From positions 73,861 to 113,860 of the forward strand of contig NZ_JACJTV010000013.1 of assembly GCF_014698845.1 (NCBI RefSeq): a stretch of 40,000 nucleotides of DNA, in the 5' to 3' direction. The position numbers were made by a program, and so were the translations under genes. Within the stretch, counting starts at the first letter, position 1. Every line of letters starts with the position of its first letter. The notes beneath the pieces were generated by a model. That model did not search any database and was not told the DNA's origin. It saw only the letters and a list, made by a program, of their open reading frames with translations. The DNA is from Coleofasciculus sp. FACHB-1120 (GTDB taxonomy: Bacteria; Cyanobacteriota; Cyanobacteriia; Cyanobacteriales; FACHB-T130). Positions 28,374 through 37,007 of this stretch are shown here, in pieces.

Positions 28374-28838
28374 TCATTTTGATGAGTAAGGATGTAATGC
28401 TTTGGATAGCGCGATCGCCCGGTTTCTGTCTGAAAGCTGCTGCAAATTCAGCTGATTATTCTCATCTAAAAGATTTTCTTTCTGTAAAAGCTCATAAATT
28501 GTTAAAGACAGCAACATTTCTACCTGATTTGCCCGACTACTGAGCCAATGATGAGTCTCTGCATCCGAGGGAAAGCGCTCAATACACTCGTTCGTGTAAC
28601 GGCGAAACTCTCTGACATCATTTAAAAGCCGAACCAAATAACTAGGGCACTCGCAAGCAATCACATCGGCTGCGTCACAGATAGCTAGCAGATGTTCGTC
28701 AGTCAACTCTGAAGAAATTTGAATAGTCTGTTTTGGATCGATCATGGTTTCAGTAAAAGTCCAGGAAAGCCGAGGATTTATCAGTATTATTGTTCTGTTG
28801 CCACTTAGACTCATTACTGCTCTTGTCGGATCGCTCAT
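28374..28838 (-). CDS. Hypothetical protein (start uncertain: TTG 28853, ATG 28838, 28814 or 28745)
   Basis: Open frame of 159 codons. The C-terminal about 120 aa look like a helical soluble protein (ICDAADVIACECPSYLVRLLNDVREFRRYTNECIERF). I recognise no domain. Confidence 0.5.
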   Translation of the reverse strand: MSDPTRAVMSLSGNRTIILINPRLSWTFTETMIDPKQTIQISSELTDEHLLAICDAADVIACECPSYLVRLLNDVREFRRYTNECIERFPSDAETHHWLSSRANQVEMLLSLTIYELLQKENLLDENNQLNLQQLSDRNRAIALSKALHPYSSK

Positions 28839-28947
28839 CGCGATCGCAGTCAAAATCTAAAAAGCGCAAATCAACATCGTTGTTTCGCAAGCACACCTTT
28901 AATCTTAATAAAGATTAAAGATTTATGGCGGAAACAAAACATCTACC

Positions 28948-29910
28948 TTAAGCAAGGTCGCTAGAATTCGGACAATTGGCTACAATCTTACGAATTTCGG
29001 TGGCAACTGCCTCTGGCTGCTCCACCATCGATAAATGTCCGCAGTCTGGAATTTCCATCACGTTCTCACCACAACCCTGAAATAACGGGTGAAAGCTTGC
29101 TAAGTGGCGCACATACTTCGGTTCCATCACCCTATCTTTAGCACCGGCAATAAAATAAACCGGCTGCTTCAGCCGTGACACCACCTGCGGTAAGCGGTTG
29201 ACCTCCGCTTCCGTCGTCGAATCCAGTAAAGTTCCCAGCGCTGCTTCTGGATGAGCCGTAATAAAATCAATCAGCCGCTGACGTCCCCAGCACCGAGCAA
29301 TTGGACGCGCCACTTGCGCCCGCGTAAAAGGCAAATCAATTCCCGGCACATAACACAGCCAATGGGGACGCCGTTTCAGAAGCTGCTGACCCCCAGCCCG
29401 AAACCGCTCGAAGGCTTCCTTCAGATAAATACCACCCCCAGCATTAATACAGACGACCCCCTTCACCCAATCGGGTTGCTGATCTGCTGCCCAAAGGGCA
29501 ATGCTGCCACCCAACGAATGACCAATTAGCCAAGCACTAGAAATATTCAGCTTCTGTAACAAAACACCGACTTCTTTGGCATAAGCAGCGGGAGTGTAAT
29601 TCGAGAAGCTCAACGCCAGAGTCTCCGGACGAAGCCACTCCTCGTGCCGATTCTCCCCGACGACTGGCTTGGTCAGCACTGGTGTTCCTTGACGGGTGAA
29701 TCCATCATTATCTAGCGGCTGAGAATCACCAAATCCCCGCAAATCGTAAGACAAACACTGATAATCTGGTGCTAACCGCTCAATCAAGGGCTGCCAGTAC
29801 CGACGGCTGAGGAGCCAGCCGTGGATAAAGACCAAAACAGGGGTAGATGATGCAATGGGAGGCGTCAAATCGTAGGTGTGCCGAACTCCCAGGATTTCGA
29901 TGGTTGCCAT
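28948..29910 (-). CDS. Alpha/beta-fold hydrolase
   Basis: 320-aa ORF. VLVFIHGW oxyanion region, GHSLGG nucleophile elbow, and C-terminal IPDCGHLSMVEQPE catalytic His context. Confidence 0.85.
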   Translation of the reverse strand: MATIEILGVRHTYDLTPPIASSTPVLVFIHGWLLSRRYWQPLIERLAPDYQCLSYDLRGFGDSQPLDNDGFTRQGTPVLTKPVVGENRHEEWLRPETLALSFSNYTPAAYAKEVGVLLQKLNISSAWLIGHSLGGSIALWAADQQPDWVKGVVCINAGGGIYLKEAFERFRAGGQQLLKRRPHWLCYVPGIDLPFTRAQVARPIARCWGRQRLIDFITAHPEAALGTLLDSTTEAEVNRLPQVVSRLKQPVYFIAGAKDRVMEPKYVRHLASFHPLFQGCGENVMEIPDCGHLSMVEQPEAVATEIRKIVANCPNSSDLA

Positions 29911-30078
29911 ATTTTGATCCTATCCCGAAGTTCTACCAGATTGCTCAAGAAGTCATTGCTCAAGAAGTCATTATGATGGGTCATCAGTTAACGCTACCTG
30001 CGAGACGTCTGCCCGTAGGCGCGATCGCTTCGAGAAGCGTAAAGTAGGACTATCAGACAAACGACTAATCGCACAACA

Positions 30079-30804
30079 TTAAAATCTGCGCCCTAGCAAC
30101 CGCTGACGCACGCTTTCAGCAATTTTTTGACCTAAATATTCCGGAATCACACTTTCGTTCGGCCCTAACAAGTAAAGAATCAGGCGGGTGCGCCCTCGCC
30201 AGACGAGCAAATTGGCATTGACCACCAGTAAATCCTCTTGCCAAATCGCGTACATCACCTTATAAAACAGACCCGGTTGGTTGTCCGCCTCAATTAACAG
30301 CGCCGGAAGATGAAAGACGGGGTCTACATAAAATTCCGTTTCTACCTGCTCCAAACCGGCATCCAGATTAAATTCCACTGCCAGCATCTCTTCTACTTCA
30401 AAGCGCCCAGCCAAAGCTTCCCGAATGGCGCGACAGACATTTTCCGAAGTTTTGTCTGTCAGTGCTTTGCTACCACGAGACACCACCAGTTTGATGAAAA
30501 CCAGCATCGGAGGAGCGATTTGACCATACAGACTGAGACTGTGGATGGTCAGCCCGTATGCAGCCAGAACCCCAAAAATATCACTCAGCAGAAAAGATTG
30601 GTTGCGGTAAGCAAAATGCAGGGCACTTTTATTACCTTCGGGTTTCAGCTCAATAACTGCTCTGGTAGTTTTATAGAGCCGATAGGCAAGCCTCAAGTTT
30701 TGTAGCTGAATCTCGCTGCTGACAAACTGCTCATAGAACTGAGGAAACGCCCGATTAAAGCGCTTCAGAAGTTCTAGTGTGGATGATTTCAAACCCGTGG
30801 CCAT
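30079..30804 (-). CDS. Hypothetical protein, possibly with tandem ACT-like regulatory domains
   Basis: 241-aa ORF with ATG start. Two segments have a beta-alpha-beta-beta-alpha-beta-like pattern (FLLSDIFGVLAAYGLTIHSLSLYG and LLIEADNQPGLFYKVMYAIWQEDLLVVNANL), reminiscent of ACT domains. The assignment is weak. Confidence 0.5.
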   Translation of the reverse strand: MATGLKSSTLELLKRFNRAFPQFYEQFVSSEIQLQNLRLAYRLYKTTRAVIELKPEGNKSALHFAYRNQSFLLSDIFGVLAAYGLTIHSLSLYGQIAPPMLVFIKLVVSRGSKALTDKTSENVCRAIREALAGRFEVEEMLAVEFNLDAGLEQVETEFYVDPVFHLPALLIEADNQPGLFYKVMYAIWQEDLLVVNANLLVWRGRTRLILYLLGPNESVIPEYLGQKIAESVRQRLLGRRF

Positions 30805-31761
30805 ATATAGGGCTAAGACTCGCTTGCCAGGTTAAAAGCATTTTGGGAGATAGAGCCAAGTGCCCTTCGCCAAAGAACTTTCTCTTATGGTTAATCTCTC
30901 ACAAATTTTCCTAAAAAAATTATCCCCTCGATACCAACTCCCGGTGGAGTTGAGTAGATGGGTGCAAATAAGCTGCAAATAATAAAGATTACTGGTGCAA
31001 GCTCTCCCTTGCCCCTTAGTGAAATCACTTAACATTCGTCGGATCATGACTAGCCGCCCGTACATGATTTTCTTTGTTTTTGCTCACCTGTGCCAACGCG
31101 ATGTGACACCCAGTAAGTAACCCGTCAAAAGCTGCCTCTGTTTCTTTGTTCCTCTCTACCTCTCCAGTCATGGGTCAAAAACTTGTGCCGAGCTGTACTA
31201 GGATTTAGCAAGACGGTGGCTTCACCTGCTCGGCAATATCAAGGAGATCGAGATTGCTTTGGAGCTGCGAATTAATTAACCCGGAGAATTCAGTCTAAGA
31301 ATTCAGTCTAACTAATGTATTGCCACTATTGCCTGCTGCGCCCTAAACCACACAAAGCCTCACCCGCTCCAGCTCGGGGAGTGCGCATGGTAGTTTAAAA
31401 GGCAGCGCAATTGTGTTATCATCTGTTTCGTGATGTTTGGGCTAGATTCGCTGAAATAAGAGGGATCGGAGATACTGAGACTGTATCGCTCTCCAAGAGT
31501 GTACTTAACTCCCCCGCGTCAATTGATTGCATGAGATTGATTCGTTCCTCACAATTACTTCGTTTCTCGCCACCGGACACGGAAATTTAATCCTGTAGAG
31601 GTTAGATATTTGGCACTTACAGGGAAACCTGAGAGAGTTGGATCTGGTCTCTTCGAGCAGGAAATCTCAGATCGCGTGTTAGCACGCGCGGTGCGAAGCA
31701 CGGTAGGGAATTCCCCAGACTGCTGGGAACTGGAGAATGTAAATACCTTAACCACACCTGC

Positions 31762-32289
31762 ATGGGTTTTTGGAAAAGCTTGTTTAGCGGTTCTGATGGA
31801 AGCACTGCGTCGAAGCCGACGCTGGGGGAGGGGGATGTTGTAGAAGGGACAGGCGATCGCACGGGCAACGGCTCTCGGATCTTTTTCAGCACCGAACGCG
31901 ACATTGACCTTTATGAACTCGAAGAACTCTGCGATGCGGTCGGGTGGTCCCGGCGTCCGCTACGCAAGGTCAAGAAAGCAATCGAACATAGTTTTTTAGT
32001 AGTTTCGATGTGGGAAGTGAGAGGAACCCAGCGACGGCTGGTTGGCTTTTCCCGCGCTACTTCTGACCATGCCTTCAATGCCACTATTTGGGATGTGGTA
32101 GTTCACCCGGATTTCCAAGGCAAAGGACTGGGAAAGGCGTTGATGAAGTACGCGATCAAGAAGCTACGCAGTGAAGACATTAGCAATATTACGCTGTTCG
32201 CTGACCCCCAGGTGGTGGATTTTTACCGGGGACTGAATTTTATTGCTGACCCGGAAGGAATTAAAGGGATGTTTTGGTATCCAGATTAG
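31762..32289 (+). CDS. GNAT-family N-acetyltransferase
   Basis: 175-aa ORF. The acetyl-CoA-binding motif [20 protein letters not shown] matches the Q/RxxGxG/A pattern. Paralogous to the ORF at 36273..36743. Confidence 0.8.
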   Translation: MGFWKSLFSGSDGSTASKPTLGEGDVVEGTGDRTGNGSRIFFSTERDIDLYELEELCDAVGWSRRPLRKVKKAIEHSFLVVSMWEVRGTQRRLVGFSRATSDHAFNATIWDVVVHPDFQGKGLGKALMKYAIKKLRSEDISNITLFADPQVVDFYRGLNFIADPEGIKGMFWYPD

Positions 32290-32414
32290 TTTGTAAATTC
32301 TTTAGCCAAAGTATCGACAAATAAGCTATAATAACCAGAGGTCGCTGACATCCGTTGTCAGGGGAATGAAACACCCAAGACTCGATCGGCTAATAGCCAA
32401 TCGCTGAATTTCAC

Positions 32415-32488
32415 CGGGATGTAGCGCAGCTTGGTAGCGCGCCTGCTTTGGGAGCAGGATGCCGCAGGTTCAAATCCTGTCATCCCGA
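32415..32488 (+). tRNA. tRNA-Pro (anticodon UGG)
   Basis: I folded the 74-nt cloverleaf by hand. Acceptor cgggatg/catcccg plus discriminator a. D-arm gcgc-agcttggta-gcgc. Anticodon arm cctgc-ttTGGga-gcagg. Variable loop atgcc. T-arm gcagg-ttcaaat-cctgt. CCA is not encoded. Confidence 0.9.
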
Positions 32489-32999
32489 TTTTTAGTAGTA
32501 AAAAGAGTTAGCCCCCAACCCAGCAAGGTTAGAGGGCATCTCGATAATTTTCAGGTGTTGATGTCTGACACGCTGCCGAAACTCCTTCGAGCCTTTAAAG
32601 AAGTGAGCCATCCAGATTTTTCCCTGGTAAATCGGGAAATAAGTTGGCTGACGATTGCCTGGAACTCATCCTAATCTTACATAGTCATAGAGGGTTACAA
32701 TTCGCGATTCATTCCCTCAGTAATTTGGGAATTCCATTTCCGAGTACGCAGTATTGAGAATGAATAAATAGCGAGTTCAGGCATCAAATTGACCCTTGGT
32801 GCCAGGAATTAGGGCATGAGGAGTTAAACAGTGCAAAAATGACAGTCGCAACAAAACAGTAGAATCGATAAAGTTTAGTTGGAAATAAACTTAGACCCGT
32901 TCATTCGGGTACTGCTAGAGCGAAGAAACATTATCGCCTTGTCTGGACTCTATTATTGGTAAGGCGGGGTATTCAACGAAAAATTTTGAGGGAATTGTG

Positions 33000-33770
33000 A
33001 TGAGATCATTAGTTCGATTGAGCGCAACACTGGGTTTAGTGGGAAGTGTTGTACTGGGAGCGCTGCCAGGTTTGGAAACGCTGCGGGCGCTGGCATTGCC
33101 AGAACAACAGGTTCTAGAAAAGTTGCAAGCTGTGCCCGTGTTTACGATCACAGATCCTCAAGGTTCTCCATTAGTTGCTTCAGTAAATGAGGGGCAAAAG
33201 AAGACCGCAGTGGCAGGTGTTTTTATCAGCCAGCAAGATGCTCAAACATTTATCGAACGGTTAAAGAAGCAAAATGCTCAACTAGCAAGCACGGTGAAGG
33301 TGGTACCTGTATCGCTGGGAGACGTTTACAAACTGGATCAAGCAAATGCAAGCAAGCCAGATGGGCTAGATTTTGCTTTCGTACCCGTCCAGCAGCAGGT
33401 GGATTCAGCAAAGGCAATCCTGAGCCAGAGCGGCAAACCCGTTCAAAATTTTGATGGAGTTCCTTTGTTTGTGGCGAGAGGCGGAAAGGATAAAGGGTAT
33501 TTGACCCTACAACGAGACAATAAACCAATCATTCCTTTCTTCTTTAGCAAAGAAGAATTACAGAGTATGCTGGATCGATTCAAACAGCAACAGCCAGCTC
33601 TGGCATCTACAGTGGAAATTCAAGTGGTGAATCTGGAGGGTGTAATTGAAACTTTACGTACCAGCAATAATCAGCAGCTGAACAACATTGTACTGGTTCC
33701 ACCCAAAGCGTCAGTAGACTTTGTGCGATCGCGTGGTCCTGCTCCCGCAAATACTCAGCAACGTCGGTAA
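33000..33770 (+). CDS. Tic22-like periplasmic protein
   Basis: ATG at 33000 lies 7 nt after GAGGGA. Signal peptide present. LQAVPVFTITDPQGSPL ... GVFISQQDAQTFIERLKKQNAQLASTVKVVPVSLGDVYKL, with a second similar half, matches the Tic22-family pattern as I remember it. Confidence 0.72.
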   Translation: MRSLVRLSATLGLVGSVVLGALPGLETLRALALPEQQVLEKLQAVPVFTITDPQGSPLVASVNEGQKKTAVAGVFISQQDAQTFIERLKKQNAQLASTVKVVPVSLGDVYKLDQANASKPDGLDFAFVPVQQQVDSAKAILSQSGKPVQNFDGVPLFVARGGKDKGYLTLQRDNKPIIPFFFSKEELQSMLDRFKQQQPALASTVEIQVVNLEGVIETLRTSNNQQLNNIVLVPPKASVDFVRSRGPAPANTQQRR

Positions 33771-33803
33771 ATCGGTAAATCGACAAAAGAATCAAGCATG
33801 AAC

Positions 33804-33852
33804 GATAAAGTATGAAGGATGAACTTCATACTTTATCTTTTCGCTTTTTTTC
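33804..33852 (+). terminator. Intrinsic terminator after the Tic22-like gene
   Basis: gataaagtatgaag (33804-33817) pairs with cttcatactttatc (33824-33837). Loop is gatgaa, followed by ttttcgcttttttt. Confidence 0.8.
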
Positions 33853-33876
33853 TTGATTCTGGCGTTTTGCTTGTCT

Positions 33877-34779
33877 ATGGTTTCAGGTATAGAACTTTGG
33901 AAGTGGCGCAACTGGGCGCGGGATGCTGCCAAATCAGCGGACGTTGACCCAACAGAAGTGGACTGGTTGCTGCGAGAAGTCGCCGGTCTAGATCGGTTGG
34001 CGCTGCGGTTAGAGTTTTTCAAAGACAGAACCCAGATAAAATTACCGATGCCGTTGCCGGAGTTAACCCAGATGTGGCAACGGCGTCTGGATGAGCGGTT
34101 GCCAGTTCAGTACCTGGCTGGTGTTGCTCCCTGGCGTCATTTTTCTCTGTGTGTTTCACCAGCAGTATTGATTCCCCGACCGGAAACAGAGTATTTGATT
34201 GATTTGGCGGTTGCCGCTGCTGCTCAGGGTGGAGCCTCCCCACCATTACAGCAAGGACATTGGGCAGATTTAGGAACTGGCAGTGGTGCGATCGCTTTCG
34301 GACTCGCAGAGGCCTTTCCATCTGCCACTCTCCACGCGGTTGATTACAGTCCGGCTGCCCTAGCGATCGCCCGACAAAATGCCCAGCAGCTAGGTTTAGC
34401 GGCTCACATTCAGTTTTACCAAGGTTCTTGGTGGCAGCCCTTGTGCGCCCTAAAAGGTCAGCTCAGCGGCATGGTATCAAACCCTCCCTATATTCCCAGT
34501 CATTTGCTGCCTTCCCTGCAACCGGAAGTGGCGATACACGAACCTCATCTCGCCCTCGACGGTGGTACGGATGGCTTAGATTGCATCCGCAATTTGGTAG
34601 AAACAGCGCCAGACTATCTGCGACCGGGGGGTCTTTGGCTGATTGAAATGATGGCGGGACAAGCCGATGCAGTTGCTCAACTATTACAAGATAGAGGCAG
34701 TTACTGCCAAATTCAAATTCACGCCGATTTAGCTGGGATTGAACGCTTTGCCTTAGCCTATCGGAAACCCGATGAGTGA
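33877..34779 (+). CDS. prmC: Release-factor glutamine N5-methyltransferase
   Basis: Conserved blocks are PVQYLAGVAPWRHFSLCVSPAVLIPRPETE, SAM-binding DLGTGSGAIA and catalytic VSNPPYIP. I prefer the ATG at 33877 over the track's TTG at 33853, which abuts the upstream terminator. Confidence 0.9.
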   Translation: MVSGIELWKWRNWARDAAKSADVDPTEVDWLLREVAGLDRLALRLEFFKDRTQIKLPMPLPELTQMWQRRLDERLPVQYLAGVAPWRHFSLCVSPAVLIPRPETEYLIDLAVAAAAQGGASPPLQQGHWADLGTGSGAIAFGLAEAFPSATLHAVDYSPAALAIARQNAQQLGLAAHIQFYQGSWWQPLCALKGQLSGMVSNPPYIPSHLLPSLQPEVAIHEPHLALDGGTDGLDCIRNLVETAPDYLRPGGLWLIEMMAGQADAVAQLLQDRGSYCQIQIHADLAGIERFALAYRKPDE

Positions 34780-34821
34780 TGAATTTGAGGAGATTTATTC
34801 AAAACTCAAAACTCTAGAAAT

Positions 34822-35409
34822 ATGACACAAGTTTCAATGGCAGCCTTAATAGAAGGCGCTCGTTCTGGGAGTTTGGTTAGCTTTCCCACCGATACGGTAC
34901 CGGCATTCGCAGTACAACCGGATCGGTCGGAGCTAATTTTTGCAGCAAAGCAGCGGCGGCAAGATAAACCGCTGATTTTAATGGGCGCAAACGCCTCAGA
35001 TTTGTGGGATTTTGTCCAAGGAAGTCCGGCTGAATGGCAGATTTGGCAACAAGTTGCTGACCAATATTGGCCGGGTGCTTTGACTTTAGTATTACCTGCC
35101 TCAGCGTGCGTTCCCAAAGCGATGAATCCATCTGACCCGACCACAATTGGGTTGCGTGTGCCGAATTCTGGCATCGCGCTCTCAATTTTGTCGCAAACTG
35201 GCCCCTTAGCAACCACCAGCGCCAATCGTTCCGGGGAACCACCTCTGCAAACAATGGCAGAAATTGCAGCGCAGTTTCCCGATGTCCTGACCCTATTGCC
35301 CTCGGAGTTAGAAACAACACCGATGGCTTGCGTTCCTTCCACCGTCGCCAAATGGACGGGCAGCGACTGGGAAATCTTGCGACAAGGAGCGGTTAAATTG
35401 GTAGTTTAA
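34822..35409 (+). CDS. tsaC: L-threonylcarbamoyladenylate synthase (YrdC/Sua5 family, single-domain)
   Basis: 195-aa ORF. Motifs are FPTDTVPAFAV, RRQDKPLILM, WPGALTLVLP, IGLRVPN and TSANRSGEPP. Confidence 0.88.
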   Translation: MTQVSMAALIEGARSGSLVSFPTDTVPAFAVQPDRSELIFAAKQRRQDKPLILMGANASDLWDFVQGSPAEWQIWQQVADQYWPGALTLVLPASACVPKAMNPSDPTTIGLRVPNSGIALSILSQTGPLATTSANRSGEPPLQTMAEIAAQFPDVLTLLPSELETTPMACVPSTVAKWTGSDWEILRQGAVKLVV

Positions 35410-35446
35410 TCGACTCAGCTAATCAGCAAAACTGGTAATTACATTT

Positions 35447-36289
35447 ATGTCCCAAGACGCGAATCCGGACGTGACAGCCATCCTGGAAGAACTCAAGCAA
35501 ACCCAGATGGCATACCACATGGCAACAGAAATGAGCCAGTTTAAAGCTGGGTTTTTGGCGCGGACTTCCCATGAATTGCGATCGCCCCTCAACAGTTTGA
35601 TTGGCTTGCATCAGTTGATTTTGTCCGATTTGTGTGACAACCCAGAAGAAGAACGAGAATTTATTGCTCAGGCTCACGCCTCCGCACTGAAGCTGATGCA
35701 ACTCATCGACGAAATTATCGCTGTTGCCAAAACTCAACACGGCACCAGTCGGATAGAGATTCAACCGATCGAGCTTACGAAGGTTTTGGAGGAAGTCTAC
35801 AACTTGACTCACCTGCAAGCAGCGAATCGGAGTATCCGCCTTGAGGTATCGCCACCGGATCGAGAGATTTACGTTCTGGCAGATCCGCGACGATTGCAGC
35901 AGGTGCTGCTCAATCTAGTCGATACCGCGATCGCTCGCATGGATGAAGGCAACATTCGGGTTTGGGTTCCCCCCTCCCCCGCATCTGAGTACATCCACAT
36001 CTGGATTGATGCTGAGTGCCCGGTCAGCGTCTGGAGCGAACCAGTAGATTTGCTCAAAGATCAAAAGACACCGGAACTGGGAGGGGCGCACAGAAAAGGA
36101 GCGCCCCTGCAAATGCCACGACTATCCGAGGGGATGAATTTACTGATTGCTCAAACCCTCATCGAAGTAATGCAGGGACACCTGGAAGTGGTTGCAGCCC
36201 AACCTACAGACGCCTCTATTCCTTCAGCCGCCGATAATTTCACCCGGCTTCAGTTTTCTCTTCCCCTAGTGCCTATTGAGACGACATAA
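35447..36289 (+). CDS. Soluble histidine-kinase-like protein: intact HisKA H-box, apparently degenerate HATPase_c domain
   Basis: 280-aa ORF. H-box is FLARTSHELRSPLNSL. The N-box position reads LLNLVDTAI, with no Asn. The G1 position reads WIDAECP instead of DxGxG. The G2 position reads LSEGMNLLIAQ instead of GxGLGL. No TM or sensor domain. Confidence 0.75.
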   Translation: MSQDANPDVTAILEELKQTQMAYHMATEMSQFKAGFLARTSHELRSPLNSLIGLHQLILSDLCDNPEEEREFIAQAHASALKLMQLIDEIIAVAKTQHGTSRIEIQPIELTKVLEEVYNLTHLQAANRSIRLEVSPPDREIYVLADPRRLQQVLLNLVDTAIARMDEGNIRVWVPPSPASEYIHIWIDAECPVSVWSEPVDLLKDQKTPELGGAHRKGAPLQMPRLSEGMNLLIAQTLIEVMQGHLEVVAAQPTDASIPSAADNFTRLQFSLPLVPIETT

Positions 36290-36743
36290 CCTGGGTAGGC
36301 AAAGGCTCGGTCAGTGGCTGGTTGTTATACAGCACCATCGTCGTACTGGGACTGCTACATTCAAATCCGATGCGCGTATAAAAGCCCTGTTGATAAGTCG
36401 TCATCAGGTAGACGCGCTCTACCCGACTGACACGAGGATGGCTCAAGACTGTTTCCACCAACTTGCGTCCGAGTCCTGCGCCTTGATATGCCGGATGTAC
36501 GATCACATCCCAGATAGTGGCACGGTAGACGCCATCGGAAGTAGCTCTGGCAAATCCAATCAGCTTGTTTTCATCCCAGACGCTAATCACTGGATCGCTA
36601 TTGGCGATCGCAATTTCTAAATCTTCAATTCGCCGGTTCTGTGCCCAGAAGGCAGCCAAGTGAAACAGCTCTTGCAGTTGTTGAAAGTCGATTTGTGATT
36701 TACGGTCACAAAATTGAATATGACTGCAATCCATCGTCATCAA
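36273..36743 (-). CDS. GNAT-family N-acetyltransferase (paralogue of 31762..32289)
   Basis: 156-aa ORF. LIGFARATSDGVYRATIWDVIVHPAYQGAGLGRKLV aligns with [36 protein letters not shown] of the other copy. It overlaps the convergent kinase-like gene by 17 bp. Confidence 0.8.
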   Translation of the reverse strand: MMTMDCSHIQFCDRKSQIDFQQLQELFHLAAFWAQNRRIEDLEIAIANSDPVISVWDENKLIGFARATSDGVYRATIWDVIVHPAYQGAGLGRKLVETVLSHPRVSRVERVYLMTTYQQGFYTRIGFECSSPSTTMVLYNNQPLTEPLPTQVMSSQ

Positions 36744-36941
36744 TAATTTAGAATCTCGTACTGGCTCATTCTACTCATCAACAAGCTGGGGATTGGTGTT
36801 CAATTGCACCGAATTCCCATAATTTACAGCTTTTTTAGCGAAATCTACCGTTTAGCTTACTCACACCCAAGTACAAATCTGTACCAGCAGACAGATTTCT
36901 TTTGAATATAAGTATCAAACTAATGATGCTTTATAAAGCCT

Positions 36942-36993
36942 GAAGGATGAAAATGCCTAACTCTAGGCGAATCTATTGGTTTTTTCATCCTTC
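36942..36993 (-). terminator. Possible hairpin/terminator downstream of hemB
   Basis: gaaggatgaaaa (36942-36953) pairs with ttttcatccttc (36982-36993), enclosing a 28-nt loop with an inner gccta/taggc stem. There is no clear U-tract on the minus strand. Confidence 0.3.
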
Positions 36994-37007
36994 ATCCTGA
37001 CTTTTAC

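Noticed and set aside
30805-31761. RNase P RNA, tmRNA, SRP RNA, 6S RNA, cobalamin or glutamine riboswitch in the gene-free region
   Set aside because: I could not find their conserved core motifs by eye (e.g. GAGGAAAGTCCGGGC, a tRNA-like 3' end, the SRP domain IV loop, a B12 box). A covariance-model scan is needed before any call.
32459-32674. 71-aa ORF starting inside tRNA-Pro
   Set aside because: It overlaps the tRNA gene, has no supporting features, and was probably produced by chance.
34806-35351. 181-aa and 147-aa minus-strand ORFs antisense to tsaC
   Set aside because: The plus-strand frame has all YrdC/Sua5 motifs. The antisense frames are shadows.
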